From: a virus
Taxonomy: Duplodnaviria; Caudoviricetes
IMG/VR virus record: IMGVR_UViG_3300020045_000613
Coordinates: 1-42,388 of that record
Direction: 5' to 3' (one strand)
DNA length: 42,388 nucleotides
The notes beneath the pieces were generated by a model. It was not told the DNA's origin. It worked only from the letters and a program-made list of their open reading frames with translations, and did not search any database. Of this stretch, positions 17,160 to 25,602 are shown in pieces. How positions within the stretch are numbered: the stretch's first letter is position 1; each line of letters starts with the position of its first letter. The translations under genes and the position numbers were made by a program.

Positions 17160-18007
17160 TACCTTTGGTGGACGCTGACATTTTAACTTATGAGTGTGCT
17201 GCTGTCGGTCAGTATGAAGAGGGCGGGGTAATTCATCTCCGCCCTTGGGATTGGCTGGCTGATCTGATCGACGAGAAGATAGAAGCGATTTGCAGAGCCG
17301 TAGATGCCACTGAGAGACCTATTCTCTACCTTACTGGGGATACCTACCTCTGGAACATGAAACGCCGTGTACGGCCTTCCCTGCCCGCCTATGAGCCTAA
17401 CTTCCGTATTGAGGTGGCTAAGCTTCGTCCCTACAAGGGGACGAGAAAGGTGGAGAAGCCTTACTACTACAACTCAGTGAGGGCTTATCTACTGACCAAG
17501 TGGAATGCCTTCGTAGCAATAGGATGTGAAGCCGATGATGAAATGGCTATGGAGCAGACTAAAAGACCTTCTGAGGTGGTCGTATGTACTAGAGATAAGG
17601 ATTTGCGACAGGTGCCCGGCCTTCATTACGGATGGGAATCCGGGAGGCAAGGTGAGTTTGGACCTCACGAGTATGACGCACTCGGGTCAATCGACTTGGT
17701 TAGAACTTCGTCCACTACGAAAATCACTGGAGGGGGCTTTAAGTTCTTTGCAGCTCAACTCCTTACCGGTGACGTTGTCGATAACATATCGGGGCTCCCA
17801 AAATATGGCCCTGTTAAAGTCGATAGTCTACTGTCATCTCTGGCTTCGACACGAGAATGTCTCGACGCTGTACGAAAGGAGTATGAATCAGTATACCCTG
17901 ACGATTGGAAAGCCCAGCTAAGAGAACAATGTGATCTTCTCTGGATGATACGTCGGAGAGATGAGAATGGCAAGCTCGTAATGTTTAACCCAAGGGAGTA
18001 TGCGTAA
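17156..18007 (+). CDS. 5'-3' exonuclease (T7 gp6 / FEN-like)
   Basis: LVDADIL, NFR...YKG, EADD, RDKDLRQVPG and GDVVDNISG motifs. Confidence 0.92.
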   Translation: MIPLVDADILTYECAAVGQYEEGGVIHLRPWDWLADLIDEKIEAICRAVDATERPILYLTGDTYLWNMKRRVRPSLPAYEPNFRIEVAKLRPYKGTRKVEKPYYYNSVRAYLLTKWNAFVAIGCEADDEMAMEQTKRPSEVVVCTRDKDLRQVPGLHYGWESGRQGEFGPHEYDALGSIDLVRTSSTTKITGGGFKFFAAQLLTGDVVDNISGLPKYGPVKVDSLLSSLASTRECLDAVRKEYESVYPDDWKAQLREQCDLLWMIRRRDENGKLVMFNPREYA

Positions 18008-18195
18008 TGGCAGACTATATACCCTTCAAGAAGAAGCAGTTCAAGCTGGAGAAAGAAGCAACAGCGTGGACGAAGAACGAGAAGAAGAAGTACGGGGGAA
18101 CACGACCAGTGAGGATTGATACGGTGTATAATCCCGGCACCCCATTCCCATGGGAGGGCGTAGTGTTGCTGAAGGGAGATGATATTGGTGCATGA
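18007..18195 (+). CDS. Hypothetical protein (62 aa)
   Basis: GGGAG RBS; TAATG coupling. Confidence 0.7.
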   Translation: MADYIPFKKKQFKLEKEATAWTKNEKKKYGGTRPVRIDTVYNPGTPFPWEGVVLLKGDDIGA

Positions 18196-18559
18196 GGTAT
18201 TTGTATTCGGCTCTAACCTAGCTGGTCGGCATGGTAAGGGTGCAGCCAAGGAAGCCTACTTATATTGGGGGGCTGAGCTGGGTGTAGGAGAGGGTCTTAC
18301 TGGCAACTCTTACGCCATCCCTACTAAGGATGAGAAGCTGAAGGTGTTGCCAATTTGGGTTATTCAAAAGCACATTGAGAAGTTTGTTGAGTTTGCCAGA
18401 GGGAATCCAAGATATAGTTTCACCCTTACCCCCATTGGTACAGGGCTAGCAGGCTACTCAGTAGAAGAAATTCTAGACTGCTTCGATACAGACAACCTCC
18501 CTGACAATATTATGCTAACCTCTTCGTGGTTTAAATATAGATGGTGGAAGAATGGCTAG
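18188..18559 (+). CDS. A1S_2505-family phage protein, macrodomain-like
   Basis: VFVFGSNLAGRHGKGAA, SYAIPTK and TPIGTGLAGY motifs. Confidence 0.75.
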   Translation: MHEVFVFGSNLAGRHGKGAAKEAYLYWGAELGVGEGLTGNSYAIPTKDEKLKVLPIWVIQKHIEKFVEFARGNPRYSFTLTPIGTGLAGYSVEEILDCFDTDNLPDNIMLTSSWFKYRWWKNG

Positions 18560-18971
18560 ACCATCAGGCCCTAAGACACGAGCAGGGGGGAAGTGGACTG
18601 ATCCCTACTTTAACTCTTTCATTCGTGGCAACCTAAGACGAACAAGTCAGAAGTGGCCGCCTATCCAAGCATGCCTTCGTAACGCTAGAGTGGAACGAGG
18701 GTTCTACCTATGCAATGGCTGTGGAGAAACTGTCACAGCTACAATGGTGAACGATAAAGGTAAGCGTGTAAAGAATGTTCACGTAGATCATATTCTCCCT
18801 ATCGTTGATCCAGCAGTGGGGTTTGTTAACTGGGACACATTCATTGACAGAATGTTCGTAGAGGAAGACGGGCTACAAGTATTGTGTAGCGCATGTCATT
18901 CCATAAAGACGAACGAAGAGAGAAGTGCCGCAACAGAACGGCGACAAGGAGAATTATTTAATGAAGAGTGA
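18552..18971 (+). CDS. HNH endonuclease (replication/recombination module type)
   Basis: CNGC, VHVDHILP and LQVLCSACHSIKT motifs. Confidence 0.85.
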   Translation: MARPSGPKTRAGGKWTDPYFNSFIRGNLRRTSQKWPPIQACLRNARVERGFYLCNGCGETVTATMVNDKGKRVKNVHVDHILPIVDPAVGFVNWDTFIDRMFVEEDGLQVLCSACHSIKTNEERSAATERRQGELFNEE

Positions 18972-19149
18972 AGTGGATTTCAAAAAGATTCTAATACACT
19001 ATGTAGATCATGTGGGGAATTACGAGGGCACCACGTTCATTAATCGACACACTATCGAAGGCCTTACAGAACCCGAGATGGATGCTTTGCGTGCTGTAGA
19101 TAAGTTGTTGTTTGTAAAAACTTTGAAGGAAATCCATGAAGAACTTTAA
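18961..19149 (+). CDS. Hypothetical protein
   Basis: AGGAG RBS before ATG 18961. Confidence 0.65.
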   Translation: MKSEVDFKKILIHYVDHVGNYEGTTFINRHTIEGLTEPEMDALRAVDKLLFVKTLKEIHEEL

Positions 19150-19375
19150 TGGCTACGGTTTGTTCTATGACGTTCGTAATTACACCACCCGTGTCTACAA
19201 TCGTGTCAATGTCTATATGAATGTACGTGACCGACATGGGATTGAGGTGGCCCGCAACTATCTCCGTAAGTTTAACCGACGAGAACAGGTTGAGTTGTTC
19301 AAGATGATGACCCACATCAAGGTAGTGGGCTATGAGCAGTTCCGGAGGGATGTATTCCGTGCACGAAACAAGTGA
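19136..19375 (+). CDS. Hypothetical protein (79 aa)
   Basis: AAGGA RBS; overlapping packing. Confidence 0.75.
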   Translation: MKNFNGYGLFYDVRNYTTRVYNRVNVYMNVRDRHGIEVARNYLRKFNRREQVELFKMMTHIKVVGYEQFRRDVFRARNK

Positions 19376-19583
19376 TGGTTCGTCTACCTCTTACTACAAG
19401 ATTCCATCCGATTGCACAGACCTGATTGACCTTATCGAACATAAGAACATGAACTTTGCCGTAGGTAATATCTTCAAGGCTTGTTACAGACTGGGCCAGA
19501 AGGAAGGTAATGATGATGCTTATGACATCAGAAAGATTATCTTCTTTGCTGAGCGAGAACTTAAAAGATTGGAAAGTAAATGA
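19359..19583 (+). CDS. DUF3310 / T7 gp1.7-like putative nucleotide kinase
   Basis: SYY...MNFAVGNIFKACYRLGQK...YDIRKIIFF resembles the GNxxKYxxR..K...DLxKA pattern. Confidence 0.7.
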   Translation: MHETSDGSSTSYYKIPSDCTDLIDLIEHKNMNFAVGNIFKACYRLGQKEGNDDAYDIRKIIFFAERELKRLESK

Positions 19584-19771
19584 GAATGTCCGATAAGTTT
19601 AGGTTGGAAGAGGAGGATCGAATGTTGTCTTCTTTAGGACAATTAGTCCCCTACTGTAGTTGGAGTATTGTCAGGGTGTCAGATGATAAAGTTATCAGAA
19701 CTTTTAATGACTATCTAGACGCCCTGAAGTACCTAGAAGAATTGGAGAACCGTTCTTGGCTCGTATCCTAA
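19580..19771 (+). CDS. Hypothetical protein (63 aa)
   Basis: Fills the gap between neighbours with overlaps. Confidence 0.55.
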   Translation: MRMSDKFRLEEEDRMLSSLGQLVPYCSWSIVRVSDDKVIRTFNDYLDALKYLEELENRSWLVS

Positions 19772-20529
19772 TCCTCGATATCGAAACTTCTCCTAACATT
19801 GCATACGTATGGCGTTTCTGGAAGGAGAACGTGGGCGCTAAGCAGGTGCTTGAGAATGGTAAGATGCTGTCCTTCGCAGCTAAGTGGCTAGGTAGTGATA
19901 CCATCTTCTACGAAGATGTTTCTGTTAACGATGAACGACACATGCTCTCCATCTTGTTCGGCCTACTTGATGAGGCTGACATTGTTGTAGCACACAATGG
20001 TGACAAGTTTGATCTACCACACATCCAAGGACGAGGCCTAGTGTTGGGCCTCCATCCACCAAGCCCATACAAGACAGTGGATACTGTTAAGGTGGCACGA
20101 TATGAGTTTAACTTCCCTTCCAATTCATTGGAATATCTCTCCATCGTCCTTGAGCTTAACACTAAGAAGGGTGGACATAAGAAGTTCCCCGGCTTTGAGT
20201 TGTGGCTAGGCTGTCTGGCTAATAACCCTGAGGCATGGGCAGAGATGAAGGAATACAACATCATTGATATTGTTGTACTCGAAGAACTCTATCTACGTAT
20301 GCGACCATACATGAGACGTCATCCGAACGTAGGAGTTTTCGATGATCCCAGCGAACCAGTGTGCCCTAAGTGTGGCAGCAACCACATCCAATACCGTGGA
20401 TATGCTCACACTAACGTTGGTCGTTATCATCGCTTTCAGTGTAGCACTTGCGGTGGATGGGGACGATCTAGAATCTCTATTCTTCCTGTAGACATTAGGA
20501 AGAACTTAACAGTGAGTGTAAATAACTAA
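19756..20529 (+). CDS. RNase H-like (DEDD) 3'-5' exonuclease with C-terminal Zn ribbon
   Basis: LDIET, HNGDKFD and YNIID motifs; CPKC...CSTC; TTG start with GGAG RBS. Confidence 0.85.
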   Translation: MARILILDIETSPNIAYVWRFWKENVGAKQVLENGKMLSFAAKWLGSDTIFYEDVSVNDERHMLSILFGLLDEADIVVAHNGDKFDLPHIQGRGLVLGLHPPSPYKTVDTVKVARYEFNFPSNSLEYLSIVLELNTKKGGHKKFPGFELWLGCLANNPEAWAEMKEYNIIDIVVLEELYLRMRPYMRRHPNVGVFDDPSEPVCPKCGSNHIQYRGYAHTNVGRYHRFQCSTCGGWGRSRISILPVDIRKNLTVSVNN

Positions 20530-20726
20530 TGGAAATTGTTCTCTACTACTTGGGCATTGGGTTCATAATGAACCTAGTGCCTGCCCTTCTTCTCTTCTAT
20601 AAGGGGATGGGTAGGGGCTATGTTATGTTGCCCCACCCTATGATCTTCTTCCTCACCATCTTCTCATGGCCCATGACGCTATGGATGTACATTGAACGAT
20701 TCACGAAAGGAAATAAGAATGACTAA
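20529..20726 (+). CDS. Small membrane protein (2 TM)
   Basis: Two hydrophobic segments; TAATG coupling. Confidence 0.7.
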   Translation: MEIVLYYLGIGFIMNLVPALLLFYKGMGRGYVMLPHPMIFFLTIFSWPMTLWMYIERFTKGNKND

Positions 20727-20928
20727 CGAAGTGGTTGAAGTACTGGCCTTTATCTTGCAGGCTATTACGCAAGATGATGGTACGATTATGTTTCAGATGA
20801 TGACTCAGCCAGCTACGATGCTGGTGGATGAATGTATCAAGCTTGCCAATGAGATTAACAACAACGCTGACATCCCCACTATTATGATGTGTATGCCCCC
20901 TATTGTTGAACTGGCTCCGGCTGTCTAA
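20719..20928 (+). CDS. Hypothetical protein
   Basis: AAGGA RBS; TAATG coupling to thyX. Confidence 0.65.
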   Translation: MTNEVVEVLAFILQAITQDDGTIMFQMMTQPATMLVDECIKLANEINNNADIPTIMMCMPPIVELAPAV

Positions 20929-21629
20929 TGAAGGCAGAACTTATCGACCGAATGGGAACTGACTTGACAGTTGTTAACGCAGCACGAGTCAGTTTCGATA
21001 AGACTAGTGAATGGGAGAATGTTCACGTATGGGAAGAAGGGATGGAACCAGTGCTCCATTCAGGGGATCGGAGACTTATTGAATATTTAGCTGAGCACAA
21101 TCACTGGACCCCATTCTCTCACGTACAGATTACGATGAGAGAGACAGTGCCCATCTTCGTAGCTCGTCAACGCTTCAAGCATGTAGTAGGGTTTACATAC
21201 AATGAAATCTCTCGTCGGTATGTAGACGATCCTCCCGAATTTTATGTCCCTGATGGGTGGCGTAAGTCTGCTGAGAATAAAAAGCAGGGCAGTAGTGATG
21301 AATTTGTTCCAGAGGGTCGTAATGAAACTGATAGTGATCCATTCTGGACTTTAGACTATCAGCGTTTTCTTATAAGAGCAGAGACTCTCTACAGTAATAT
21401 GATTGAAGCAGGTATCGCGCCTGAACAAGCCCGTATGGTGTTGCCTCAATCTATGTATACCTCATACTACGTCACTGGCTCCCTCTCAGCATGGGCTAGA
21501 GCTTGGCAACTACGATCTGATCCCCATGCTCAGATGGAAATCCAAGGGCTGGCCCATCAGTGGAATATAATTATTGGGGGAATTGACGAGCTTAAGCATA
21601 GCTGGGCTGCTCTAGTAAATAAACATTGA
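20928..21629 (+). CDS. thyX: FAD-dependent thymidylate synthase
   Basis: VVNAARVSF, HWTPF, PIFVARQ, NEISRRY, EQARMVLP and HAQMEI motifs. Confidence 0.95.
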   Translation: MKAELIDRMGTDLTVVNAARVSFDKTSEWENVHVWEEGMEPVLHSGDRRLIEYLAEHNHWTPFSHVQITMRETVPIFVARQRFKHVVGFTYNEISRRYVDDPPEFYVPDGWRKSAENKKQGSSDEFVPEGRNETDSDPFWTLDYQRFLIRAETLYSNMIEAGIAPEQARMVLPQSMYTSYYVTGSLSAWARAWQLRSDPHAQMEIQGLAHQWNIIIGGIDELKHSWAALVNKH

Positions 21630-21635
21630 AAATAG

Positions 21636-21665
21636 CTCACATCTATCCGTCAAAAAGAGTATATA
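21636..21665 (+). promoter_or_regulatory. Phage promoter motif CTCACA-N17-GTATATA upstream of nrdJ
   Basis: CTCACA 21636-21641; GTATATA 21659-21665. Confidence 0.75.
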
Positions 21666-21696
21666 TCTATCCAACTAAAAAGAATAAGGAATAGCA

Positions 21697-22633
21697 ATGA
21701 GCGAACTGGCACGAAATATCCTCTCCGACATTACGGTGTTTGGTAAGTATAGCCGCTACCGACATGATCTTGGTCGGAGGGAGACGTGGAATGAAATCGT
21801 GGGTCGTAATCTGGCGATGCACACAACTAAATATCCTCAGATCGCAGACCTGATTGAGGAGACATATAAGCGATCAGTATACACAAAGAAAATTCTGCCG
21901 AGTATGCGCTCGTTGCAGTTTGCAGGAGTTCCAATTGAACGCAACCCAAGTCGTATTTACAACTGCGCCTACCTACCTATCGAAGATACTGATGCCTTTG
22001 CTGAAATCATGTTTCTTCTTCTTGGTGGTACTGGTGTTGGTTATTCTGTCCAGTCTCGTCATGTTTCTAAGCTCCCTCCTGTTGTTGGTCATGGCCCTTC
22101 CAATCGCCGTTACGTCATTGGTGATAGCATTGAGGGATGGGCTGATGCAGTTAAGGTACTGGTAGAATCTTACTTCTACGCTAAAGAGAAGGTGGAGTTT
22201 GACTATGGAGACATCAGAGAGAAGGGGTCAGAACTCATCACGTCGGGAGGCAAGGCTCCGGGTCCAGCACCACTTAGAGAATGCCTTGAACGAGTTGAAC
22301 AAGTCCTACGCAGCGCCTCCGGTCGAAAGCTTTCGCCAATTGAAGCTCACGATATTGCATGCTATCTCGCTGACGCGGTTCTCGCTGGAGGAATTAGACG
22401 AGCGGCTATGATTAGCCTGTTCGATATTGACGACGATGAGATGATTAACTGTAAGAGCGGAGAATGGTGGAATGACAATCCTCAACGAGCTAGAGCTAAC
22501 AACTCTGTCACCCTCCTTAGAGGGGCTGTCTCTGAAGGAGATTTTAACCGACTCTGGGAACGAGTTCGCAATTCAGGTTCGGGCGAGCCGGGATTCTACT
22601 GGACGAACAATCTTGATTGGGGAACCAATCCGT
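21697..22633 (+). CDS. nrdJ: Class II (B12-dependent) ribonucleotide reductase, exon 1
   Basis: RRETW, LPSMR, YNC, GGTGVG, GGIRRAA motifs; ends at WGTNP plus one T. Confidence 0.93.
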
Positions 22634-23369
22634 TAATTGCATAGCGGATTTAAAACAGATTGAATTCAGGGGAAGCCTAGAACAGGTAATCCTGAGCTAA
22701 GCCTAGTGACTGTCTCCTTAAACATAGGAGATAGACAATGTATCAAAATTACATTATCACGAAAGAAGGAAGTATCATTTCTAAATACACTGGCAAGCAA
22801 GTTTATGTGCATGTCAACAAGAAAGGGTATCACTTCGTTAGACTGTATGTTGATGGCAAGAGTAAGACATATCTTGTACACCGACTTGTTGCTGAATTAT
22901 ATGTGCCAAACCCTGACAATAAGCCAGAGGTTAATCACGATGATGGTAATAAAAGCAACAACAATGATTGGAATTTAGTATGGTCAACTGGCCAAGAGAA
23001 CGTAGATCATGCAGTGAGAACTGGATTGGTCAAGCGTGGCAGTGATAGACCTAATGCTAAATTTACCGATGAACAAATACTGGAAGTCAGGAAACTGAGA
23101 AAAGAGTTCTATACATATTCAGAAATAGCTGACATGTATGGGTCATCGTTTCAAACAATCCATAAAATTTGTAAGGGTGAGACTTACACCCACATCTAAT
23201 TATTGACAGTCACTAGGAAAGTGCAACGACTATCCCTTCGGGGAGTAGGATCAAGTGATCCGAAGCGGTCTGCCCTCGGAAGAGGTGATGATATAGTCTG
23301 ATCTTTATAGGGATATAAAGCAGCTTGGATAAAGCGGGTGTAGATTAACGACCTACATTGAACACAATG
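22634..23369 (+). mobile_element. Group I intron (IA2-like, 736 nt) in the nrdJ catalytic Cys codon
   Basis: P1 AATCCGT/GCGGATT with U-G at the splice site; P3 CAGATTG/CGGTCTG; P7 GACTAT/ATAGTC; terminal G 23369. Splicing restores TNP-C-C-EI in frame. Confidence 0.93.
22738..23199 (+). CDS. Intron-encoded HNH homing endonuclease with C-terminal HTH
   Basis: LVHRLVAE...PNPDNKPEVNHDDGNKSNN..WNLVWST..EN; AGGAG RBS; looped out by a 13-bp stem. Confidence 0.92.
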   Translation: MYQNYIITKEGSIISKYTGKQVYVHVNKKGYHFVRLYVDGKSKTYLVHRLVAELYVPNPDNKPEVNHDDGNKSNNNDWNLVWSTGQENVDHAVRTGLVKRGSDRPNAKFTDEQILEVRKLRKEFYTYSEIADMYGSSFQTIHKICKGETYTHI

Positions 23370-24298
23370 GTTGCGAAATTGCACTAAAGCCGTATTCTTT
23401 CTGTAACCTAACAGAAATCAATGCGAGTAATATTACAAGCCAAGAAGACTTTAATCAGCGAGCTAGAGATGCAGCATTTATCGGGACGCTACAAGCAGGT
23501 TATACCAACTTCCACTACCTACGTCCTATCTGGCAGCGAACGACTGAAGAAGATGCTCTTGTCGGTGTTGGACTAACAGGCATTGCCTCCAACGCTATCA
23601 AGCCCCTAGACGAGGCTGAAGCTGCTGAGGTAGCCACCACCACCAACCTACTCACTTCTGCTATGATTGGAATTAACAATGCTGCCCGCGTTACTACTGT
23701 TAAGCCAAGTGGTACTAGTTCTCTGGTTGTTGGCTCTTCTAGTGGAATTCATGCGTGGCATGATAAGTGGTATGTTAGGAGAATGAGGTTTAATAACGAT
23801 GAAGCAATTCTACGATATCTTAAGGGAAGTATCCCATCGCTCATCGAGCCGGAACACTTTAGACCAGAGAGTCAGTCAGTCGTCTCCATCCCTCAGTCTG
23901 CCCCCACTGGAGCAACAATTAGGACAGAGACAGCTCTTGACCTACTCGAACGAACAGCACGATACAATCAGAATTGGGTTAGAGAAGGGCACCGTACTGG
24001 AGATAACCATAACAATGTTAGCGTCACTGTCTCAATCAGAGAGGATGAGTGGGACGAAGTAGGAAGGTGGATGTATGAAAATCGTGGCAGCTATAACGGA
24101 ATTAGTGTTCTCCCTTATGATGGTGGCACTTATATTCAGGCCCCTTTTGAATCCATCACAGAAGAAGAATACGAAAGACTCGTCGGACAGCTAACTAACA
24201 TTGATCTGACTAAAGTGAATGAGGTGAACGATGAAACTAATCTCGCTGCTGAAGCAGCTTGTGCAGGTGGTGCCTGTGAAATTGGAGACTTCGTATGA
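23370..24298 (+). CDS. nrdJ: Class II ribonucleotide reductase, exon 2 (spliced protein 621 aa)
   Basis: CEIAL, FCNLTE, TTVKPSGT, SSGIH, YIQAPFE and C-terminal CAGGAC motifs. Confidence 0.93.
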
Positions 24299-24399
24299 AT
24301 GGGTAGACATGGCTTGTAATGTCACCAAGGAGTATAGATACCTAAAAATATTTGGTTGGGAATGGCGATGGTCGTTCATTAATGTCCCCCACCACTGAA

Positions 24400-24447
24400 T
24401 AAAACAAAACCCCCAACCAGTTGTCACGCTGGAAGGGGGTTTAATTG
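24400..24447. terminator. Bidirectional intrinsic terminator between the convergent arms
   Basis: AAACCCCC-AA-CCAG-loop-CTGG-AA-GGGGGTTT, flanked by A-rich and T-rich tracts. Confidence 0.8.
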
Positions 24448-24460
24448 TATCTACTGTATG

Positions 24461-24712
24461 TTATGCCTTGAGGGCTGCAAGCAGTGCGTTGTACTTAGTC
24501 TTGAGGGAGTTAGCCAGAGCCTGTGCAGTGGCAAGGTCAGTAGCATTGGCAGTAGCCTCAGCAGTGAGGGCAACTACAGCAGGCTTAGTCTTAGTCGTAC
24601 TGGCAGCAAGGGCAGTGGTGAGGGCCTTATCAAAGCTGTCTTCGTTGTTAGTCTTACCGGTAGCACCGAGGGCAGCAAGCATAGCCTTACGAGTGCGGAG
24701 TTCATTAGCCAT
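24461..24712 (-). CDS. Small Ala-rich structural protein, head-fibre-like
   Basis: C-terminal ATDLATAQALANSLKTKYNALLAALK helix; AGGAG RBS. Confidence 0.65.
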   Translation of the reverse strand: MANELRTRKAMLAALGATGKTNNEDSFDKALTTALAASTTKTKPAVVALTAEATANATDLATAQALANSLKTKYNALLAALKA

Positions 24713-24722
24713 TTATATTCTC

Positions 24723-24956
24723 CTATTTAATACCACGAGACAAGAGGTTCTTAACATCGTGTCTGATTTCTTTTAACTGTTCGTCTAAGTCGTCGTCTCT
24801 TCGTGTTCTACTCTCTTCCAGATGCTTGAGAGTGGCTGTCAGTTGATTGATCTGAGCCTTGCTTGTGAAGATGATTCTAAGAAGGCCGACAATCCCTGCA
24901 AAGGTTGCAGTGAGGATAGTGACATAGAATTGTCTAATATCAAATTCCCACCACAT
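24723..24956 (-). CDS. Membrane-anchored coiled-coil protein (lysis accessory candidate)
   Basis: N-terminal TM followed by a charged coiled coil; GGGAGG RBS. Confidence 0.7.
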   Translation of the reverse strand: MWWEFDIRQFYVTILTATFAGIVGLLRIIFTSKAQINQLTATLKHLEESRTRRDDDLDEQLKEIRHDVKNLLSRGIK

Positions 24957-24957
24957 A

Positions 24958-25344
24958 CTAGCGCCTCCCTGCCACAGCAATAGCTATGCTATTCCCGATA
25001 GACTTGAGGCCTTCAACACCGAAGTAGAAGGCAACCACCACTCCAGTTATTTCCATTACTAATGACCCCGGATAGGGCGTGACGCTAAGCCCTAGTACAG
25101 TGTCAATGATGAATAGCTTAAATAATAGAACGACAACGATATACCCAAGCAGTGTACGAGGGCTCCACCATTTGTCATTCACAGACGCTGCAACTGCTAA
25201 GTCCCGACGAGTCTCAAGGTTCTTGATTTCTACTTCAGCCCTGATTCTTCCTTCGTCGGTCTTAGCCTGTTCTTTAGCCAATTGCCATTTGACAATTCCA
25301 TCAGTAATGGCAGAGATAGGGTTTAAAAAATCTAGCAATGCCAT
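24958..25344 (-). CDS. Holin, GTA 3TM-holin-like
   Basis: N-terminal amphipathic and coiled region; WWSPR; two TM helices; FYFG. Confidence 0.7.
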   Translation of the reverse strand: MALLDFLNPISAITDGIVKWQLAKEQAKTDEGRIRAEVEIKNLETRRDLAVAASVNDKWWSPRTLLGYIVVVLLFKLFIIDTVLGLSVTPYPGSLVMEITGVVVAFYFGVEGLKSIGNSIAIAVAGRR

Positions 25345-25361
25345 TATACACTCCTGTTACT

Positions 25362-25601
25362 TTATTTAATTTTCTTTACGTCAGTCTCAATGACTAGCGC
25401 TTCGGTCTTAGGTTCGTTCTTCACCTGATAGACGCCGAACACAGTAGCACCACCAACCAACCAATCAATGACGATGGAAGAGAAGCCGGGCAGATCAATG
25501 TCAAGATACTTCAGCGTGATGAGAAGAGCCACACCAAGGAATGCAGGAATGAGTTTCTTATATCTCTTCCAGCTAGTGTAAATCTTAACAGTCCAGTTCA
25601 T
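25362..25601 (-). CDS. Small 2-TM holin-like protein
   Basis: Two hydrophobic helices; GVYQVKN; directly follows the endolysin. Confidence 0.65.
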   Translation of the reverse strand: MNWTVKIYTSWKRYKKLIPAFLGVALLITLKYLDIDLPGFSSIVIDWLVGGATVFGVYQVKNEPKTEALVIETDVKKIK

Positions 25602-25602
25602 A

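Noticed and set aside
21170-21220. ThyX motif reads KHVVGFTYNEISRRY rather than RHRxxSxxxxSxR
   Set aside because: Looks like a known KH-type ThyX variant; other motifs are intact.
21697-24298. nrdJ as a pseudogene, split two-subunit gene or intein host
   Set aside because: A group I intron explains the interruption and restores the frame exactly.
24309-24398. 29-aa ORF after nrdJ
   Set aside because: No convincing RBS or other support.
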